Assembly: GCA_000002445.1 (NCBI GenBank)
Contig: CP000067.1
Span: forward strand, 1,184,001 to 1,248,000
Direction: 5' to 3'
Source of the DNA: Trypanosoma brucei
Lineage: Eukaryota
Length of the DNA: 64,000 nucleotides
Shown here: in pieces, positions 1 through 10,800 of the stretch
How the letters are laid out: every line of letters starts with the position of its first letter
How positions within the stretch are numbered: the stretch's first letter is position 1
Position numbers and translations under genes: made by a program
Notes under the pieces: generated by a model
The model's input: only the letters and a program-made list of their open reading frames with translations
Told to the model about the DNA's origin: nothing
The model's database searches: none

Positions 1-2466
1 CGAGGGTGTGACGTGAGTCACCACAGGAGACACGGAAGGATTCAGAACACGTGACATCGACCATACAGAAATATGCGTCGCACCATAGTTCACAGCACAG
101 TGTTTCTCTTCAAATGAAGCTCCGTTAGTACACTTGTCATCAAAAGGACCATATCGCATATCATCAACTGTAATGACAGATTGGCTGAAGATGGCGTCTA
201 CAAGCTCCTCCGGCGTTACATGTCCCATACGTTGCAGGACATTTATCATTGCACGTGCGGTGACATATCCAAGTAATGACAATGGCTTCCACTTCGACTC
301 ATCTCGTACAACTCTGTGGAACTCACGTACCAAATCGGATTCCGTGTTCTTATCTCCCCAATGTGGCAGATTCGTTGCGAATAGCAGACGGTCAGCAAAT
401 GGCTTGTCACGGAAGGCACTCACAAGTTCATCATAGAGTAACGCAACATCAAAGAACGGGACAAAGATACGCACATTATGGTGTTTGCCAAGGTGAGAGA
501 GGATTATGGGGATATCATCTGAGATGAGACCTGCAACTAATACCTCACCTGCAGTCGGTAGCTTGTCTCTCAAAGTAGAACCTTCACCACTCGCAACAAA
601 GGAGCTTAATGACGCAAAAAAGTAGTCAAGTGTTTTGTTCAGCATCTCTCCAATATCTTTCGTATCACCACTACGCACAATGGCATGCATCTTTCCAGCA
701 CCATTTTGTATGATATGCTCAACTATCACGAATAGTTGTTGCTCAAGTGTTGGTGACAGGTGGATCACATTCCTTCTGGGGTTACTCAGTTGTGGTGTGA
801 GTGTTATGGGATCGATGAATGCCATACCCTTCGTCGACAGTAACGAATCATCCACAACACCAAACACAGCAGTTACAACTCGCTTCTCCACTTCATCATA
901 CAGAGCTGTAGAAGTATCATGAGATTTCGAGGATAGCCAGTGTAAAAAGAATCTATCAGAGTGACCAAGTTGACCCTTTCCAACAACATAAAAGGCACCA
1001 TCGTATATTGCCTCTGCAGTACGCAGTGCCTTTGGGTCATCAGTTAGTTTAAACATGATGCCACTCAATGGGGCGTACAGCTGTGACAGGTCTCTATAGC
1101 AGCGAGATGAAGTAAGAGCTAATACACCTTCCTTCATAGGGTACAGACGGAGATCCTTTCCCATCTTCTTCATGTACACCACATTCCCACCCTGATTACA
1201 TAAACATGATGCACCCCGCTCACCCGCCATACCACGGCACTCACCACCAAAGTCACCAACAACAATATCATCAATTACATAACGACGTTGATTGTAAAGT
1301 GATGTAATAAATGCATCCCTGCTAGTCAGCCATTCGCGACAACTCAGTGCTTGTTTCAATACCTCTCCAGCAATCCATCCGTCAACCATCAGCTCAGCTT
1401 CAGTGTCTTGCTCGGTGAAGTTGCTTTCGTCAACATTTAGGTTAACATTCCATTGTCCAGTGCCACTCAGAATATCTTTCTTTTCCTTCAGGTACTTTGC
1501 CATATCACCCTTGAATCGTTTGATTGCATCATAGCCATCATCCTTCGCAAGTGGATTAGTCCCAGTTATTATTATCTTATCAGGCACAAACCTGTCTCTA
1601 CCCAATTCCTTTTCCCACTTATTCTCAATGACATATTGGAGTGTAGAGGGTATGAGCAAATATCCACCTTTTGTCCTTTCATCTTCTAATGATTTCATTA
1701 GGAATTTCTTCGTATCATTGATTGGAGAGCCAAATACAATCACACCCTGAGGTCGAGTATTTGCAAACTTATCCCACTCCGCACTGAAGCTACTGTCATC
1801 CGATTCCTTACCAATTTGACTCTTCAATGCAAAAACACCGCACAGTTTGCGATCCATCCGTGTTGTCAATTCCACAGCAAGCTTATATTCATCATCACCA
1901 TAAGAAACATCTTTCAAGTACATGAAACCCAGCCGATGTAACCGTAACTGAGTGATAGCATAACGGAGAAGAGCAAGCATCTCAGCAGCGGGTGATGCTG
2001 TCAGGAAGTACAGATTAGGATTCCAACTGCGTACCTTACTGGATCCTGTGAAGGGTGAGAAACTAATCACATTCTTTTCTTTGAAATATTTCAAGAGACC
2101 TAGAGTGTTTTTATCACCCACAGGTCCCAGTATAACAGGGAGTTCCTCACCATTATTGTCGTTGCTAAAGGACGTTTCGCTATTTAAATGACCAACATAA
2201 TCTGAATCATTCTTCGGTGGAACATATACCACTTCCACATTAGCACCTGACGGCGGGTTCCCGTTGGTAATGGATGCGTTGAAGCCTGCAATAATAGGAT
2301 CATATATCTTTGCTGAAATCTTGTTACTGTATAACATGTTGTATACCTTCACCTGTATTTTATCATTTGCAAGTGATGATGCAGTCAGCACCTGTAGTAA
2401 CAGAGAAAACACTAGGTAAGTGACTGCGCCATCTCTAACATACAATTCACGCATGAAGGTAACCAT
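1..2466 (-). CDS. GRESAG4: receptor-type adenylate cyclase, array copy 0 (partial; N-terminal ~820 codons, 3 prime end lies beyond window start)
   Basis: Near-identical at nucleotide level to the N-terminal 2.4 kb of the three full copies (e.g. 1-80 matches 4863-4940; 1021-1080 identical to 5884-5943). ATG on minus strand at 2464-2466 gives MVTFM... as in copies 1 and 2. Variant blocks checked by hand remain in frame (2153-2221 differs from other copies by a multiple of 3, no stop). Not in ORF track because no stop codon before the window edge. Confidence 0.72.
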   Translation of the reverse strand, partial: MVTFMRELYVRDGAVTYLVFSLLLQVLTASSLANDKIQVKVYNMLYSNKISAKIYDPIIAGFNASITNGNPPSGANVEVVYVPPKNDSDYVGHLNSETSFSNDNNGEELPVILGPVGDKNTLGLLKYFKEKNVISFSPFTGSSKVRSWNPNLYFLTASPAAEMLALLRYAITQLRLHRLGFMYLKDVSYGDDEYKLAVELTTRMDRKLCGVFALKSQIGKESDDSSFSAEWDKFANTRPQGVIVFGSPINDTKKFLMKSLEDERTKGGYLLIPSTLQYVIENKWEKELGRDRFVPDKIIITGTNPLAKDDGYDAIKRFKGDMAKYLKEKKDILSGTGQWNVNLNVDESNFTEQDTEAELMVDGWIAGEVLKQALSCREWLTSRDAFITSLYNQRRYVIDDIVVGDFGGECRGMAGERGASCLCNQGGNVVYMKKMGKDLRLYPMKEGVLALTSSRCYRDLSQLYAPLSGIMFKLTDDPKALRTAEAIYDGAFYVVGKGQLGHSDRFFLHWLSSKSHDTSTALYDEVEKRVVTAVFGVVDDSLLSTKGMAFIDPITLTPQLSNPRRNVIHLSPTLEQQLFVIVEHIIQNGAGKMHAIVRSGDTKDIGEMLNKTLDYFFASLSSFVASGEGSTLRDKLPTAGEVLVAGLISDDIPIILSHLGKHHNVRIFVPFFDVALLYDELVSAFRDKPFADRLLFATNLPHWGDKNTESDLVREFHRVVRDESKWKPLSLLGYVTARAMINVLQRMGHVTPEELVDAIFSQSVITVDDMRYGPFDDKCTNGASFEEKHCAVNYGATHISVWSMSRVLNPSVSPVVTHVTPS

Positions 2467-2500
2467 GATACTGGTAACTCAACGTAATCCAACGTGAAAA

Positions 2501-2528
2501 CTACAAGACAAAAAGGGAATAATAACAA
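2501..2528 (-). promoter_or_regulatory. Candidate polypyrimidine tract plus AG trans-splice (spliced-leader) acceptor upstream of copy 0
   Basis: Minus-strand reading ttgttattattccctttttgtcttgtag, ~35-45 nt upstream of the ATG. Inferred from the kinetoplastid rule that SL addition occurs at the first AG downstream of a polyY tract. Confidence 0.35.
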
Positions 2529-3585
2529 AGTATTGGTACAGGATTAAGAGACTGCATATGTACAGATATGTTGGATTGTGACACAATAAGAGTCCATATG
2601 ATAATTGTATATAAGAGTGTAGGAAAGGGAACTATTATGATGGATAGCGTTATATAAACCATAACAGTGAGAAAGTAATTCAACATACATTCCCCTATAC
2701 ACACATCATTCATGTATCCGATACAAAAACAGAAAACATCACTAGGCACAAGAGTAAATGTGTAAATAGAGCATTATAATATCATAGACTGGATGCCAGT
2801 AATAAAAACAAAGCACACTAGCAGTCACAGTTAACATTCAACTGACAACAGCATGGCAGACATTGTTCAGTTTCATATTCCTTGGTTGTCTAAAGGTAAA
2901 ATAGAAAGAATGGGTCTGAGGGAATATGAGGAAAGTTACAATAAGCATATGAAAACATGCAGGAAGCTATGCACAGGTATTAGATGTTGTAAATAGTTGT
3001 CGGCAGCAGTTTCATTTGAGAAGTACCTCTCACAAGCCAAAATCTCCAAAGGAGAAATGTAAAAAGGGATTGAAGCAAACACGGAAAATAAACACCAGAT
3101 GATAGTTTTACTTCATGGCAACCCCCACTTCACGGGTTTCACCTTCTTATCGTACACATCTTTAGGTGTATGAACACAACTGATAACAACACATTAGAGG
3201 TAGAGAACCTCACTTGACCACAGCACACACAAACGGCAATTTAAGCTTATTGAACTAATAAATATATTATTTAAAAGAGTGAGATAATCAAAAGTGGTGT
3301 AGGTGCTCACATCCAATTCCACACCAAAAACAAGAAGATTTGCGATCTTCAAACACAGTTCTCAAAAGGAGATTACCCATGTCAGAAATAAGGAGCGCAT
3401 TAGTGCATGGAGGTGGTTAAAATCCACAACATATCACTTTATTACATGCACAACAAAAGGAAAGGTACAATGGATAGCCACTTTATACAAAATAAATCTA
3501 AAGAAAAGATTGCACACATGATGTAAAACAACTTATTCATTCACTTCAATAGCAAAGCGCACATATAGCAATGTTACGGGGAATA

Positions 3586-6500
3586 TTAGCTGGCAGCGCT
3601 AACATTTTCCAAGTCAATCAATTGTACGCCGCTACAATCACCTTCACCGCAGAAGGAACTTGAGGATGAAGCAAGCATTATAGCAGCTGCTCCTCCAGGT
3701 GAGAAGAGACTTCCGCCCCTTTCAAAAGATCCACCGCTACCAGAGGTATTTCTCGTTCCAAAATCCATAACACAACCCACCTTCGCAGCAATCCGACGAG
3801 TGACACAGCGGCAACTGGCTTCATTCCAAGCATCCATACCTGGGGGTTTCTTAACACGCCAACGCTCACAAAAAGTTGCAAGCATCTTCTGTCGCTGGGT
3901 AGCAGGGAATGTGCCAAGCAGAGCATCAATACAACCAGCAACTTGTTGGGCAGTGGCAGTTAAACCATGTGCGAAAGATCCCGACCCACTGGTGATACTA
4001 CCAGTTACATTATCTTCTTCCTCCTCAGCTTCACGGTCAAGGCGCAGAGCAGCAAAGGTACGGCCAGGTACAGCATTCAACTGGTACATTTCCACAGGCT
4101 TCGGCACACCACGTAGCGGCACATCACCCAAAGGCGTTACATTAAGTTGCTCACGCTCTTCACCACTCAGTGACAGGTATGTTGAGCGCGTCATCAGCAC
4201 CTGACCACCGTTACCAACACTCTCCGTGCGTGCTGCCATGTTGGATGTGCGTCCATAATAGTCGTAACCTTTCGTTACTTCATCATGACGAATATCACAC
4301 AATCCAGTATGAATCCCCACACGTACACGCAACCCATTCCACAGTTGCCGATAAACCTCAGGGTCCAGGCTCGCAGTTGGTGGTGTGTAATCACTGTCAT
4401 CTTCCGCACGCTTTCGTTCGAATTCACGGTAAGACTCATCAAGCTCAGTGGTCTTCCAGTCATGGTTTAGAAAATCACGTTGCAAGTCACATGCGAGTTG
4501 TGCAGCAGCGAAGGGACTTTTACACGCAATCATAAAAGAGTCTCCAACAGTTTTCACTTCGTAGCACTCATACCGTGTGATGAGGGAGCGGATCAAACGG
4601 TGATGTGTTGCCACAAGGTCAGGCATTTGCTCAGGGTGTGCTGCCCACTGCGCTGTACTGCTCTCGATATCAGTGAATATTAATGTTACGGGGTCTGTTG
4701 GTTCCTTGGGAGCATTATTATTGTCACGGGCGTTCCGGCGTGATGATCTTATGACAAGTACCAGAACCGTAACAAACAGTGCCAATACAACAGCGCAGCT
4801 GACTGCAATAGCAGCAATGTGTCCTCTCTTAAGTCGAAACCCTTCTGTGTCACCGTATTTCATCGAGGGTGTGACGTGAGTCACCACAGGAGACACGAAA
4901 GGATTCAGGACACGTGACATCGACCATACAGAAATATGCGTCGCACCATAGTTCACAGCACAGTGTTTCTCTTCAAATGAAGCTCCGTTAGTACACTTGT
5001 CATCAAAAGGACCATATCGCATATCATCAACTGTAATGACAGATTGGCTGAAGATGGCGTCTACAAGCTCCTCCGGCGTTACATGTCCCATACGTTGCAG
5101 GACATTTATCATTGCACGTGCGGTGACATATCCAAGTAATGACAATGGCTTCCACTTCGACTCATCTCGTACAACTCTGTGGAACTCACGTACCAAATCG
5201 GATTCCGTGTTCTTATCTCCCCAATGTGGCAGATTCGTTGCGAATAGCAGACGGTCAGCAAATGGCTTGTCACGGAAGGCACTCACAAGTTCATCATAGA
5301 GTAACGCAACATCAAAGAACGGGACAAAGATACGCACATTATGGTGTTTGCCAAGGTGAGAGAGGATTATGGGGATATCATCTGAGATGAGACCTGCAAC
5401 CAACACCTCACCTGCAGTCGGTAGCTTGTCTCTCAAAGTAGAACCTTCACCACTCGCAACAAAGGAGCTTAATGACGCGTTAAAGATATCAAGTGTTTTT
5501 TGCAACACTTTCCTAACTCCTCTCGTATCACCACTACGCACAATGGCATGCATCTTTCCTGCACCATTTTGTATGATATGCTCAACTATCACGAATAGTT
5601 GTTGCTCAAGTGTTGGTGACAGGTGGATCACATTCCTTCTGGGGTTACTCAGTTGTGGTGTGAGTGTTATAGGATCGATGAATGCCATACCCTTCGTCGA
5701 CAGTAACGAATCATCCACAACACCAAACACAGCAGTTACAACTCGCTTCTCCACTTCATCATACAGAGCTGTAGAAGTATCATGAGATTTCGAGGATAGC
5801 CAGTGTAAAAAGAATCTATCAGAGTGACCAAGTTGACCCTTTCCAACAACATAAAAGGCACCATCGTATATTGCCTCTGCAGTACGCAGTGCCTTTGGGT
5901 CATCAGTTAGTTTAAACATGATGCCACTCAATGGGGCGTACAGCTGTGACAGATCTCTATAGCAGCGAGATGAAGTAAGAGCTAATACACCTTCCTTCAT
6001 AGGGTACAGACGATGATCCTCTTCCATCTTCTTCATGTACACCACATTCCCACCCTGATTACATAAACATGATGCACCCCGCTCACCCGCCATACCACGG
6101 CACTCACCACCAAAGTCACCAACAACAATATCATCAATTACATAACGACGTTGATTGTAAAGTGATGTAATAAATGCATCCCTGCTAGTTAGCCATTCGC
6201 GACAACTCAGTGCTTGTTTCAATACCTCTCCAGCAATCCATCCACTCACCATCAGCTCACCTTCAGTGTCTTGCTCGGTGAAGTTGCTTTCGTCAACATT
6301 TAAGTTAACATTCCAATTATCTTTCGAAAAATTATTTCTGTTAAGTTTCAGGTACTTTGCCATATCATCCTTGGATCGTTTGATTGCATCATAGCCATCA
6401 TCCTTCGCAAGTGGATTAGTCCCAGTTATTATTATCTTATCAGGCACAAACCTGTCTCTACCCAATTCCTTTGCCCACTTATTCTCAATGACATATTGGA

Positions 6501-7317
6501 GTGTAGAGGGTATGAGCAAATATCCACCTTTTGTCCTTTCATCTTCTAATGATTTAATTAGGAATTTCTTCGTATCAGGGATTGGAGAGCCAAATACAAT
6601 CACACCCTGAGGTCGAGCATTTGCAAACTTATCCCACTCCGCACTGAAGCTACTGTCATCCGATTCCTTACCAATTTGACTCTTCAATGCAAAAACACCG
6701 CACAGTTTGCGATCCATCCGTGTTGTCAATTCCACAGCAAGCTTATATTCATCATCACCATAAGAAACATCTTTCAAGTACATGAAACCCAGCCGATGTA
6801 ACCGTAACTGAGTGATAGCATAACGGAGAAGAGCAAGCATCTCAGCAGCGGGTGATGCTGTCAGGAAGTACAGATTAGGATTCCAACTGCGTACCTTACT
6901 GGATCCTGTGAAGGGTGAGAAACTAGTCACATTCTTTTCTTTGAAATATTTCAAGAGACCTAGAGTGTTTTTATCACCCACAGGTCCCAGTATAACAGGG
7001 AGTTCCTTACCATCATGGGTTGTCATGTGTTTCCCGAGATAGTCAGCATATTTAGAATCATCCATGGTTGGAACATATACCACTTCCACATTAGCACCTG
7101 ACGGCGGGTTTCCGTTGGTAATGGATGCGTTGAAGCCTGCAATAATAGGATCATATATCTTTGCTGAAATCTTGTTACTGTATAACATGTTGTATACCTT
7201 CACCTGTATTTTATCATTTGCAAGTGATGATGCAGTCAGCACCTGTAGTAACAGAGAAAACACTAGGTAAGTGACTGCGCCATCTCTAACATACAATTCA
7301 CGCATGAAGGTAACCAT
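3586..7317 (-). CDS. GRESAG4: receptor-type adenylate cyclase, array copy 1 (1243 aa). Signal peptide, periplasmic-binding-protein-like extracellular domain, single TM (IAAIAVSCAVVLALFVTVLVLVI), class III cyclase catalytic domain; alternative C-terminal tail
   Basis: ORF track 3586..7317. Catalytic-domain motif VTLIFTDIESSTAQWAAHPEQMPDLVATHHRLIRSLITRYECYEVKTVGDSFMIACKSP is the trypanosomatid receptor adenylate cyclase signature I recognise (ESAG4/GRESAG4). A TM segment precedes the catalytic domain; the N-terminal two thirds are the extracellular domain typical of the family. Confidence 0.9.
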   Translation of the reverse strand: MVTFMRELYVRDGAVTYLVFSLLLQVLTASSLANDKIQVKVYNMLYSNKISAKIYDPIIAGFNASITNGNPPSGANVEVVYVPTMDDSKYADYLGKHMTTHDGKELPVILGPVGDKNTLGLLKYFKEKNVTSFSPFTGSSKVRSWNPNLYFLTASPAAEMLALLRYAITQLRLHRLGFMYLKDVSYGDDEYKLAVELTTRMDRKLCGVFALKSQIGKESDDSSFSAEWDKFANARPQGVIVFGSPIPDTKKFLIKSLEDERTKGGYLLIPSTLQYVIENKWAKELGRDRFVPDKIIITGTNPLAKDDGYDAIKRSKDDMAKYLKLNRNNFSKDNWNVNLNVDESNFTEQDTEGELMVSGWIAGEVLKQALSCREWLTSRDAFITSLYNQRRYVIDDIVVGDFGGECRGMAGERGASCLCNQGGNVVYMKKMEEDHRLYPMKEGVLALTSSRCYRDLSQLYAPLSGIMFKLTDDPKALRTAEAIYDGAFYVVGKGQLGHSDRFFLHWLSSKSHDTSTALYDEVEKRVVTAVFGVVDDSLLSTKGMAFIDPITLTPQLSNPRRNVIHLSPTLEQQLFVIVEHIIQNGAGKMHAIVRSGDTRGVRKVLQKTLDIFNASLSSFVASGEGSTLRDKLPTAGEVLVAGLISDDIPIILSHLGKHHNVRIFVPFFDVALLYDELVSAFRDKPFADRLLFATNLPHWGDKNTESDLVREFHRVVRDESKWKPLSLLGYVTARAMINVLQRMGHVTPEELVDAIFSQSVITVDDMRYGPFDDKCTNGASFEEKHCAVNYGATHISVWSMSRVLNPFVSPVVTHVTPSMKYGDTEGFRLKRGHIAAIAVSCAVVLALFVTVLVLVIRSSRRNARDNNNAPKEPTDPVTLIFTDIESSTAQWAAHPEQMPDLVATHHRLIRSLITRYECYEVKTVGDSFMIACKSPFAAAQLACDLQRDFLNHDWKTTELDESYREFERKRAEDDSDYTPPTASLDPEVYRQLWNGLRVRVGIHTGLCDIRHDEVTKGYDYYGRTSNMAARTESVGNGGQVLMTRSTYLSLSGEEREQLNVTPLGDVPLRGVPKPVEMYQLNAVPGRTFAALRLDREAEEEEDNVTGSITSGSGSFAHGLTATAQQVAGCIDALLGTFPATQRQKMLATFCERWRVKKPPGMDAWNEASCRCVTRRIAAKVGCVMDFGTRNTSGSGGSFERGGSLFSPGGAAAIMLASSSSSFCGEGDCSGVQLIDLENVSAAS

Positions 7318-7351
7318 GATACTGGTAACTCAACGTAATCCAACGTGAAAA

Positions 7352-7379
7352 CTACAAGACAAAAAGGGAATAATAACAA
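7352..7379 (-). promoter_or_regulatory. Candidate polypyrimidine tract plus AG trans-splice acceptor upstream of copy 1
   Basis: Same conserved spacer element as 2501-2528 (minus strand ttgttattattccctttttgtcttgtag). Confidence 0.35.
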
Positions 7380-7875
7380 AGTATTGGTACAGGATTAAGA
7401 GACTGCATATGTACAGATATGTTGGATTGTGACACAATAAGAGTCCATATGATAATTGTATATAAGAGTGTAGGAAAGGGAACTATTATAATGGATAGCG
7501 TTATATAAACCATAACAGTGAGAAAGTAATTCAACACACATTTCCCTATACACACATCATTCATGTATCCGATACAAAAACATAAAACATCACTAGGCAC
7601 AAGAGTAAATGTGTAAATAGAGCATTATAATATCATAGACTGGATGCCAGTAACAAAAACAAAGCACACTAGCAGTCACAGTTAACATTCAACTGGCAAC
7701 AGCATGGGAGACATTGTTCAGTTTCATATTCCTTGGTTGTCTAAAGGTAAAAGAGAAAGAATGGGTGTGAGGGAATATGAGGAAAGTTACAATAAGCATA
7801 TGGAAACATGCAGGAAGCGATGCACAGGTATTAGATGTTGCTAGTATTTGTCTCCAACAATATGATGTCGATATT

Positions 7876-10800
7876 TCAACTATTTTTTCCATTGTCCCCG
7901 AGAGATGTGCCAAATAATGGTTCACGTGAATCAAATTTCTCCAAGGTGCCGTTAAACATATTAATATCTATTGTACTACAAGAGTATATCGAAAAGTCGA
8001 ATTTGTCAGTCGGTGACATACATAGGTATTCTTTTACTTCCATCGGTGTGTGAAAGCGAACGGAAGGTAGTGGATGCTGCCGTCCTAACTGGCTAACATC
8101 GCAAATGCTATGAGATAAAGCAAATGAACTTCTTTCCGTTGATAAAGCTGTACCTGTGCTATTACGTATAACGACATTCATAATTGGTCCAGCTCTTACT
8201 GCAATGTGATGCACAGCGAGCCGGAATGTTGCCTTATCCCACCTATTCTTCACACTTTTAGGTGGAGGGACACGCCAGCGTTCACAAATAGATGTGAGCA
8301 TCCTCTGTCGCTGGGTAGCAGGGAGTGTGCCAAGTACAGTCTCAAGGGACTGTGCAACATGCAACGAGGAACCACATAACTCATGTGTAGAAGAGCAGAT
8401 ATCGCTTACATCAGTAAATATTCCTTCACTTTCTTCATTTTCCTCATCCTCAACGTCACGGTCAAGGCGCAGAGCAGCAAAGGTACGGCCAGGTACAGCA
8501 TTCAACTGGTACATTTCCACAGGCTTCGGCACACCACGTAGCGGCACATCACCCAAAGGCGTTACATTAATTTGCTCACGCTCTTTACCACTCAGTGACA
8601 GGTATGTTGAGCGCGTCATCAGCACCTGACCACCGTTACCAACACTCTCCGTGCGTGCTGCCATGTTGGATGTGCGTCCATAATAGTCGTAACCTTTCGT
8701 TACTTCATCATGACGAATATCACACAATCCAGTATGAATCCCCACACGTACACGCAACCCATTCCACAGTTGCCGATAAACCTCAGGGTCCAGGCTCGCA
8801 GTTGGTGGTGTGTAATCACTGTCATCTTCCGCACGCTTTCGTTCGAATTCACGGTAAGACTCATCAAGCTCAGTGGTCTTCCAGTCATGGTTTAGAAAAT
8901 CACGTTGCAAGTCACATGCGAGTTGTGCAGCAGCGAAGGGACTTTTACACGCAATCATAAAAGAGTCTCCAACAGTTTTCACTTCGTAGCACTCATACCG
9001 TGTGATGAGGGAGCGGATCAAACGGTGATGTGTTGCCACAAGGTCAGGCATTTGCTCAGGGTGTGCTGCCCACTGCGCTGTACTGCTCTCGATATCAGTG
9101 AATATTAATGTTACGGGGTCTGTTGGTTCCTTGGGAGCATTATTATTGTCACGGGCGTTCCGGCGTGATGATCTTATGACAAGTAACAGAACCGTAACAA
9201 ACAGTGCCAATACAACAACGCAGCTGACTGCAATAGCAGCAATGTGTCCTCTCTTAAGTCGAAACCATTTAGCGTAACCATCCATCATCAATGGTGTGAC
9301 GTGAGTCACCACAGGAGACACGGAAGGATTCAGAACACGTGACATCGACCATACAGAAATATGCGTCGCACCATAGTTCACAGCACAGTGTTTCTCTTCA
9401 AATGAAGCTCCGTTAGTACACTTGTCATCAAAAGGACCATATCGCATATCATCAACTGTAATGACAGATTGGCTGAAGATGGCGTCTACAAGGTCCTCCG
9501 GCGTTACATGTCCCATACGTTGCAGGACATTTATCATTGCACGTGCGGTGACATATCCAAGTAATGACAATGGCTTCCACTTCGACTCATTCTGTACAAC
9601 TCTGTGGAACTCACGTACCAAATCGGATTCCGTGTTCTTATCTCCCCAATGTGGCAGATTCGTTGCGAATAGCAGACGGTCAGCAAATGGCTTGTCACGG
9701 AAGGCACTCACAAGTTCATCATAGAGTAACGCAACATCAAAGAACGGGACAAAGATACGCACATTATGGTGTTTGCCAAGGTGAGAGAGGATTATGGGGA
9801 TATCATCTGAGATGAGACCTGCAACTAATACCTCACCTGCAGTCGGTAGCTTGTCTCTCAAAGTAGAACCTTCACCACTCGCAACAAAGGAGCTTAATGA
9901 CGATTCAAAGAAGTCAAGTGTTTTGTTCAGCATCTCTCCAATATCTTTCGTATCACCACTACGCACAATGGCATGCATCTTTCCAGCACCATTTTGTATG
10001 ATATGCTCAACTATCACGAATAGTTGTTGCTCAAGTGTTGGTGACAGGTGGATCACATTCCTTCTGGGGTTACTCAGTTGTGGTGTGAGTGTTATGGGAT
10101 CGATGAATGCCATACCCTTCGTCGACAGTAACGAATCATCCACAACACCAAACACAGCAGTTACAACTCGCTTCTCCACTTCATCATACAGAGCTGTAGA
10201 AGTATCATGAGATTTCGAGGATAGCCAGTGTAAAAAGAATCTATCAGAGTGACCAAGTTGACCCTTTCCAACAACATAAAAGGCACCATCGTATATTGCC
10301 TCTGCAGTACGCAGTGCCTTTGGGTCATCAGTTAGTTTAAACATGATGCCACTCAATGGGGCGTACAGCTGTGACAGGTCTCTATAGCAGCGAGATGAAG
10401 TAAGAGCTAATACACCTTCCTTCATAGGGTACAGACGATGATCCTCTTCCATCTTCTTCATGTACACCACATTCCCACCCTGATTACATAAACATGATGC
10501 ACCCCGCTCACCCGCCATACCACGGCACTCACCACCAAAGTCACCAACAACAATATCATCAATTACATAACGACGTTGATTGTAAAGTGATGTAATAAAT
10601 GCATCCCTGCTAGTTAGCCATTCGCGACAACTCAGTGCCTGTTTCAATACCTCTCCAGCAATCCATCCACTCACCATCAGCTCACCTTCAGTGTCTTGCT
10701 CGGTGAAGTTGTTTTCGTTAGCATTTAGGGTAACATTCCAATTATCTTTCGAAAAATTATTTCCGTTTACCTTTAGGAAGTTAGCTAGTTCACCCCTAAA

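Noticed and set aside
134-527. Plus-strand ORFs of 83-138 aa recurring inside every cyclase copy (e.g. 134..436, 4997..5299, 9422..9724, 13844..14146, 5369..5785)
   Set aside because: They are antisense to the long minus-strand cyclase CDS. They recur only because the underlying DNA is a tandem repeat. No independent coding signal.
7352-7600. 82-aa minus-strand ORF (MPSDV...) present in each array spacer (also 2501..2749 and 11777..12025)
   Set aside because: Lies in the inter-copy UTR spacer and overlaps the predicted polypyrimidine/AG splice signal. The peptide is hydrophobic and low-complexity. Its conservation is explained by repeat homogenisation.
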